A DNA stretch of 63,465 nt, the filler included, from Ionaspis alba (lineage: Eukaryota), in NCBI GenBank assembly GCA_964255285.1. It is 8 parts of 8 records of this genome, joined end to end, with 100 filler letters (N's around TTAATTAATTAA, not from the genome) between each part and the next. Parts side by side here need not be neighbours in the genome. Positions count along the whole stretch, not along the records: positions 55,682 to 63,465 come from CAXUUL010000802.1; 7 more parts are not named here. One strand, 5' to 3'. Within the stretch, counting starts at the first letter, position 1; every line of letters starts with the position of its first letter. Below are positions 55,682-63,465 of the stretch, in pieces. Position numbers and translations under genes: made by a program. The notes beneath the pieces are model-generated. The model searched no databases. It worked only from the letters and a program-made list of their open reading frames with translations, and was not told the DNA's origin.

Positions 55682-56989
55682 TCGAGGAAGACACGAAAAA
55701 GGTCCAAACAGTAGCCGAAGGCAATGATAAATCATCTACCCATGGTTACGAAAGGAGTGGCCAATTTCTGCAAAATGTAACGGTCACAAACAAAATGCCG
55801 AAAGCCAAAACCAAAAAGGAGAAGCTGAATTCCATACCTAATTCTCATCCTAAGAGTGCAGCCTCACCCTCATCAGGATCACCAAATTCCAAATCTATCA
55901 AGAAGGTCTCTCTCCTCGAAGAATTGTTCCCCGAAGAGGCTAGGAAGCTTGGTATAGAGTCTGCAAATGCTTCAGACAATCATGCAGACTTGCCACTCCT
56001 TCCACCTCCAGACTTAGATGAGTTGGGTGAAGACCAAGAAGCGCTTCGCACACAGGGCCAATTACAGTCGAAGCTCGTAACCAGAGACGCAGCCATGCAC
56101 GCATTCCGTCAAGAGAACATGACCATTCTCGTCTTATCTCGAGCCAGTATCGCCATGACCGACGACGACTTCCGCCGCATAGCTCCGCGAGGCACGCACA
56201 TCGAAGAATGGCGGGGACCAGGCGATATCATGAAAGGCAAAACTTCCATTTCCATTAGCCATTTCGCCACTGACCTCGACCGCAGTGATTCCCGGCCGAG
56301 ATCCCAAGACTCTCGAGCCTCAAGGCTACTACTTCCTCCTTTTCCCCAATCCGGCCTTCGCCCGAGCATATCAGAACGAAGTCATCCGGCTGCATTTACT
56401 TGCCGGTACTCACACACCAACATCACTCGAATCCCCCATCACGGCTCCCTCTCCAGGTATCCCCATCAAAGGCGAAGACATCTACACGCTCTTACAAGAT
56501 TACGCCCTCTGGCCTCCATCGCAACGGGTGTCCCTCCGCATAGTCACCCCGCCTCACTCACGCGCCGTGCAGAGCATGATCGAAAATCTCGGCTACCCTG
56601 CTATCGTCTTGCCTGAGAACAAGACCAGCCGTGCGGTTCTCTTCTGGGTAAACGGATATCAACCTACCACTTACGCCGTCAAAACCATGTTAGCGAAGGA
56701 CGGCCAGGACCGCGGCTTACAGTGGGGACCTTTGGACGGGAAAGGCTCTATCGCGGCTATTGACGAGCCACCTCAGCAAGAGGAGACTGAAGACGAGCCA
56801 TTAGGGGAAGGAGAGACGAAGGTTAAGAAGCACTCTTTGCAGCGGTGGGTCATTGCTTTCGAGGACGAAAACGAGGCGAGGAGGTTTATTCGGACCTGGC
56901 ATCGGATGCCGTATCCTTTCCCGTTAGCGGCTGAAAGTTTTACATATGATGAGCCGCCACCGCTGGTGCATGCGGAGTTTCTATGGTAG
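55682..56989 (+). CDS. Uncharacterised fungal protein (possibly RRM-like), 5'-truncated, GC-AG intron 56237-56285
   Basis: The frame is open from the contig edge. SLLEELFPEE; LSRASIAMTDDDFRRI...IMK|VIPGRDPKTLEPQGYYFLLF; RWVIAFEDENEARRFIRTWH; AEFLW*. Confidence 0.75.
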
Positions 56990-57210
56990 ACGAATACATG
57001 GACTTCTTCAGTGCACATACTATCAAAATAATGATCAAATGCAAGTTTTCATGACAACCCTATATCAGAAAGTATCTTGCGCATGGAGTACTTTCCGTCA
57101 AGGGTGCAAAAGCGTGTTAGAGTCTCGCTCGTGGAGATAAAGAATTCTGTCTAGTCCATTCTATCTCTATTACTTTTCTATTGGAAGAAGGGTTCGTTTC
57201 TATCATCTCA

Positions 57211-60200
57211 TTACTTGTTGTCTTTCTTCCCATCATCCGAGCCCCTCGGTGCAGCAGGTATTTCTACTCCTTCCAGTCCCCACTTCATACCTGGATATGA
57301 ATCACTCATCGCCCAAACATCCAGCTTTCTTTCTGCCTCACTGTCAGGCAGCTTGATCACAGCCCTCGCGGTACCCTTACTCGGCCCTCCTCTTCCAGTA
57401 GCCGGACCTGCAGCCCAGCTTACCCGTTTCAGTGCTATGATTTCATCCCTCCTTGGGTCGGCCACGATGACGAAGAAGCCCTCTGACTGGGGTTTGGGAA
57501 ACTTGGGTGCGTAGATGCGGTAGTCCGGGTTGGTGGCAGGGTTCAATCGTGAGAGATTGACGGCGAATCCGAGGGCATTCACATTGCTGGTTTCGAGCTT
57601 AACCTCAGGAAGTGATGTCAAAGCTTTTGCGAATCCTGGACGCACGGAGGCAGGCAACGAGAGAGCTTTCATGAGCTTATCGAGGTCCGCTTTTGATTTT
57701 GTGGCCGAAGAGACAGCCTCGTTCAGTGACGGAGACACTGGGCGCCCCGTTCCTCCTTCGCTTCCGGCTTCAATCCCAGGCAGAATTGACAATCCGCCGT
57801 CTTCAGGCCATCGTGCAGATTTGATGCACTGAAGTAAGGTGATCATCATGTTGCAGCTGGAGAAGTACCCAAGCTCAGTCAAGACATCAACGGATGCTTG
57901 GATGATACGAATGCTTTGGTCAAGTACCGAGTTTAGGTCTCCAACATAATCACTGATTGGCAGCTCTATACGCGACATGTGTGCTTGGAGGAGTAAGAAT
58001 GCCTTGACATGCGGATCCCACATTGGCATGTCTCCCATCTTGTCGGCTTTCAAAGGCAGGTTGAGCGAGAGCTCAGCGTTGATGAGGTCTTCGTTGTGGC
58101 GAACGGGGAGTTCATCAAACTCTGTTGCAGCACACATCCAAGCCAGGGCGTCGGAAAATAAGGCGTTGGGCTTAGCATGAGCAACGAGATGTCGAATAGT
58201 CATATGGGATAGGTAGTAGTACGACATGATCTTGCCAAGTGGCGTCGAGTCAACATCGCCATTGGAGTGCAGCTCTATGCAACTGGACTCAGCTAAGGAT
58301 TCCAGGGATTTGTCAACCATGGAGACCATGTAGTCATTGGCGAGTGCCTGAGCGGCGATGGTATTATGCTCTTCAGCAGAGATCTCGAGGCCATAATACG
58401 AAGGATTTTTATGCAGACGGCGGAAAAAGAATGTCCAGGTCAGATAGTCCAAAGCATCTTGTTTAGTGATGATCGTTCCAGCAGAGACTTCTGCACCAAG
58501 ATGGTTGTCAAGTACATTGTGAAGTGACGATTCAACCGGAAAGCCTGTGTGTAAGAAGTGCTTGTAGAAGGCCTTTTTTGCATCTTGCGTGAAAATACGT
58601 GCAATTCCAGAGGTGTCAAATTGAGGTCTTCCAGCTCGGCCAAGCATTTGCAGTACGTCTGTGAGGTCCATGTCTTTATATCCTTCGATCTTGGCATCGA
58701 AGAACTGAGTGCCCTTTACGACAACGAGATGTGCAGGTAAATTCACGCCCCAAGCCAAGGTACTTGTGGCAACCAGTATCTGTATCTTATTGTTGGCAAA
58801 GAGCTCTTCAGCAAGCTGCCGGTCTGACTCTACGAGCCCAGCATGGTGGAGACCAATTCCGAAACTCAAGGCTTCTCGCAAAGCGTCATCCTTGACACGA
58901 GATAAGTTCAGCTGGAGGTCATCTTCTGACATTCGCAAAAACCGTCGAGGATTGTCCTCCATTCCGCAGAAGTTGATCAGATCCTTAGCTGTCAATCTGG
59001 TCTGTCTGCGTGAGGCTACGAAGACGATAACAGGTTTCTCCGGTGAATGCGTCTTGATGGCGAGGAAGGTGGGTCGATTCATCGACTGCATAAGCGGGCA
59101 GAACCCTCGCTGTTCGGGAAAGCCATCGATGAAGATTTCCAATGGCACCGGCCGAACGGAATGGCGAAAATTGAAGAGTCCTTGCTTTACTCCCAGCCAA
59201 TTCCCAAGATCCATCGCATTTGCACATGCCGTTGACATACCGACCAGCCGCACAGAGTCCTTGGATTGGGAAGCAATATAGTTCATACGGGAGACAATAA
59301 TCTCCAAGATTGGGCCCCGATCCCCACCCAGCAAATGGATTTCATCGATGATGACAAGACTCACTTGCCGGACGTACCCTCTGGTCTGCCAGCTTCGACT
59401 GATACCATCCCACTTCTCGGGAGTAGTGATGATGATGTCTGCGTCTCTGATGGTTCTTGTGTCTGGCGTATTATCGCCGGTAAGCTCGACAAGCTTTAGC
59501 CCCATCTGCCTGGTGAGCCTCTTGCGCCAATCTTGTACTCTCTCACGCACGAGAGCTTTCATAGGCGCGATATATACAACTTTCGAGCCTGGTTTTTCGC
59601 GAAACGCCCACCACATCGCGAGCTCTGCTGCGACGGTCTTGCCACTGCCAGTTGGTGAGCCCAAGAGGACATTGGCAGAAGTGTGATACAGCGTATGGAA
59701 TATCTGAGTCTGCATAGGATTAAAGAATTGAAATCTCTGCCCATATATTTCCTCGAGCATAGGATTCTTCAGAGCGGATACTGGGAGCGGCTGCAGGTCC
59801 AGCAAATCCGTATAGACACTCTCGGTATCTGGCCTAATAAGATGCTGGAATGAAACAGGTGTGACGGTTTCTGCGCCGAGCCATCGATCTGACACAGCAC
59901 GGACATAAATCTGGGTCGGCAAAGGATCTGTGAGGGGAATTGTGAAGTTGAGTTCATGGTCGTCGTAAAGCTTTTTCCTACTGAGTATAAAATACTCGTG
60001 GTGGTAGATCTCTGACGTTTCTGAGTTCTCGACCCAAATCCAATAGGATTCGGAGCTCCCGTTGTGCCGATCGTTCCAACGAAAATCTGGGGTCAGATAG
60101 AGCCGGATGCGGAGGACATCTCGATTGAGAGGTGCAATCTCCGCATCAACAGTCACCGTTGGAAAATTATCGAGCAACTTTGCTATGGTTTTTCCCATGC

Positions 60201-63200
60201 CATTGTTGTGAACCAGCTGTCCAATTTCCGCAGGCTCCATATCTCTCAATGACTCGATCGTCGATACAGATGACTTTTGATCAAGATTCTTGAGAATAGG
60301 TATTGGAAGATCAAACTGATGGAAAGGATGCTGGAATGGCCAGATCTGTTTCTCAATCGACTTGCACAACGAAAGCAGAACGAGGCACTGATGGCCCCAT
60401 CTTCTATTCAGAGCTATCATAAATAAGGCCCGGCAAATTCTGGCCGCATTTTGAGCCACATAAGCAGAATCAGAGACTAGTGCAAAATCTTCAAGTCGGG
60501 CTCGCGAAATGTAAGATTGTAGAAGAATGTTGGTCTTTGCGTGGGCAACATCGTTTCCACCTTCAACTTCACATTGTACTGCCTCTTCACGAAGTCTCGA
60601 CAGCTCTTTCGACTCGTTGTCTCTCGATTGAATATTGTCAAACTCTCCGCTCATGCTGATCATCTTCAGGACATCGGCTTCAGTAGCTTGCGGCCGCATC
60701 ATTGTGTTGAAGATCTCAATACTTGTCTGTAAGACATAGTACTGACTAGCGATCCTACCGACATCTTTCGCTCGTAGCTCCTCGGTGGTCTCGTTGAAGA
60801 TGATCATCTGGCTTTTCTGCAAAACACGGGCTGCGTTGATGACGAGTTCGCGTCTTTTCTGGACGAGCTGAGGATCATCTCGGATCTCAGCCCAGTCAAT
60901 ACCGTAAGTGAGGGGATTTCTTTGCATTCGCACAAAAAGGTAGGAGTAGCCAACCCATTGGACGGCTTCTGGTATCGAAGTGACTGTTCCAAGCGAGATT
61001 TCTGCATTGAGATTGTCTACCAATTTCCTCGAGAACTTTGACTCAATTGGTTGTTGCTGAGTCACGGCGGAGAGGTAATGAGCTAGTTTATCCTGGGTGG
61101 TGCAGATAAAACCTATCCCAGTTGCTTGAAATTGAGGTCTTCCGGCACGTCCAAATATTTGGAGCACGTCCAGGATCCCAAGATCGACAAACTTTCCTTC
61201 TTGTGAGCTATAAAGTTGTGTGCCTTTTATGATGACGGCCGCGGCAGGTAAGTTGACACCCCAAGCAAGAGTTGCCGTACAGCATAGAACATTGATATGA
61301 CCTTGAGCAAAGAGCTGCTCAATTTTGTTCCGGTCTGATCTTGGCATGCCAGCATGATGGGTACCGAAACCTTTGGGTACAAGTTCCTTGAGTTCTCGAC
61401 CACGCGCTGTCTTGAGATCTTTGATGGCATTTGAATAGCCCTCAACTTCTTGGCAATCGAAGAGATCGAGGCAATCCTGGTCGGCTGCCAATGAAAGGAA
61501 CGTTCTGGCAGTGTTCACAGTATCCTTTCTGGAATGAACAAAGACCATGACTTGATGACCTTGCTGCAGCATTTCCTTGACCTTCTCAAATGCAGTTTGA
61601 TCGATGTTGTCACGAGACGTCTTTGAGCCTGGCTTGCCCTTTACGCCAATGAAATGCTGCTCAAGCGGTACAGGACGAAAGGAACCATCAAAGTAGAAAA
61701 GACCAGCCATGCGATTCACCTTAAGGAAATCGGCTACATCAATGTAGTTCGGTAATGTAGCGGAGAGGCCCACGATTCGAATCAGAGACTGGGTGCTTTC
61801 CACTTGCCGCTCCGTTCGAGCAACCAGCGATTCAATCACAGCTCCTCGCTCATCGTGAAGCATGTGCACTTCATCGATGATAAGGAGCCGGACCTTCTGG
61901 ACAAGCTCCGTGTCGCCGGTGCTCTTGCGAGTAACGACGTCCCACTTCTCCGGAGTTGTGACAATGATTTGGGTTTGCACGATCTCTTTCTTCGTCAAAT
62001 GCATGTCTCCCGTAAGTTCTCGGACTTGGATACCAAGCCATGCAAGTCGTCGCCCAAGCTTTCCCGTGATCTCAGCTGCTAACGCTTTCATAGGCGCAAC
62101 ATACACGATCTTGAAATCTTCCCGTTGGACGGCGAAGTCCACGGCATCAGGTTGTTCCAAGGGATTTGGAGTAAGATTATGCCCAATCGTATTCAAGATG
62201 GCTAGCATGGCCGCGTCGGTCTTTCCGGCACCCGTAGGAGCGCAGATCAACATATTTTCATTAGTCCCATATGCTACTGGATACACCAGACTTTGCATTC
62301 GATTCAATGATTTGTAGCCCACAAATGTCTTCTTGCAAAGACCATCCATGTCTTGAATTTCAACAAGTTTCCGTCCAGCTCCAAGAGTTCCCACTTTGGT
62401 GGCTGGAATGGAATATTCCTCGTATTTCTCATGCTCAGTCCGCTCACTACCTATGGGAAGAGCATACTTCTTGCCTCCTACACCCAAGGTATTGCCGGCA
62501 TTGTGGGCTCTGTATACATGGGGATATATAGGGCCATCACGATCAAGTGCAGGACCAAGGCTTGCATGCTTGTGCTCGAAATCTTGACGCCGTAGGGCTT
62601 CTTGGCGCTCCTGCTTGGTCTGTAATCGTCCTAATATACCATCTGGCTGCTGTTCATCAGGAGAGCGCGAGGAGAGAATTTCTTTGCGGTGCGCGATGAG
62701 CTCTATAACAAAGTCCAAATCATCATAGCCTATGATCTCGGCAAGCGACATTTGCAGCTCGTCATCTGTACGTAGAAGTTAGTTGAATTCCACAAATATT
62801 ACAGCCTGCTGAAGATCACCTTGGCTATCGGAAGCAAGAAGGGCCAGTATCTGTCCTTGCAGCTGGCTTGCATCCAGACCCGATCTTCGATTCGCGAATG
62901 TAGTTGTCTTCTCATGGAGCCAGACTTTTCCGTATGATACTTCACTGTTATCTCCGCTTATCTGGGGCTCCTCAGAGCTTTCCAGATGATCACTGCTATA
63001 GTTGTCGTCCTCCTCTTCACTGATGATATCCCATATGTCATCACTGCCACTGCCCCCGGTAAAATCGTCATCGTCCAAAACCATATCATGCCCATAACCT
63101 TGATCCCTTCTGCCAGAAATGTCCAACTTGAGATCTGCAATGGCTTGCCGCATGCTTGCGAGCTGAGCGAGCCATTGCGACTGAGCCTCTTCAATCATCG

Positions 63201-63207
63201 AAGACAT
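57211..63207 (-). CDS. SLH1: Ski2-like double-cassette helicase Slh1/Mug81/ASCC3 (RQT complex)
   Basis: Two helicase cassettes (APTGAGKT/DEVH and SPTGSGKT/DEIH), each followed by a Sec63 region. One intron at about 62766-62819. ATG at 63207 (MSSMIEEAQSQW). Confidence 0.96.
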
Positions 63208-63465
63208 TTTCTGCAGTGATCCTTTGAGGACAAAGAGAATTTGATAGTTTAGCGTTTCACTTTGACACAACTGGTCACAGCGCGCTAGAAGTTGGTCTTG
63301 GTAAAGTAACGCCTCTTTAACTCTGATACCGAGTGGACCAGCGGTGGTATAAATAAGGTGACCGCCGATATTTTTTGGCGTAAACACTTGACTGATGATG
63401 CATTCCAATGATGCATTCCAGATTTAGTGGGGCGACAGGCGCCACAGCGGGTGAGCCGCCGCCTG

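Noticed and set aside
57215..62595. Many plus-strand ORFs opposite SLH1 (and similar ones opposite STE11, PSD1, LSG1 and others)
   Set aside because: They are antisense shadows of conserved coding sequence.

Overview
Intron-rich genomic DNA from a filamentous ascomycete (Pezizomycotina; finer taxonomy cannot be determined here). The window is not one locus. It is eight roughly 7.8-kb contigs/scaffolds (7880, 7875, 7866, 7862, 7852, 7828, 7818, 7784 bp, in strictly decreasing order) joined by artificial 100-bp N-TTAATTAATTAA-N spacers, plus two internal 100-N scaffold gaps, so gene order across spacers means nothing. About 28 protein-coding genes can be reconstructed. Most are conserved housekeeping genes: RSP5, PAB2, CCZ1, MRPL7, STE11, LSG1, SSN6, RPL3, a GT31 glycosyltransferase, PSD1, a Usa1/HERP-like protein, an AVT transporter, dynactin RO10, RSR1, MCCB, a p24 protein, PRE6, a CHY zinc finger, an inositol 5-phosphatase, a GFA fragment, PHO89, SIS1, UreF and SLH1. 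I saw no tRNA, rRNA, CRISPR array, transposon or multi-gene novel system. The best leads are a small gene resembling the cyanobacterial nuclease inhibitor NuiA, an orphan with an apparent USP-fold Cys-His-Asp protease triad, a recurring C-rich to G-rich switch in gene 3' ends, a perfect heat-shock element upstream of SIS1, microexons, GC-AG introns and uORF-bearing leaders. All family calls come from motif recognition by eye; no searches were run.
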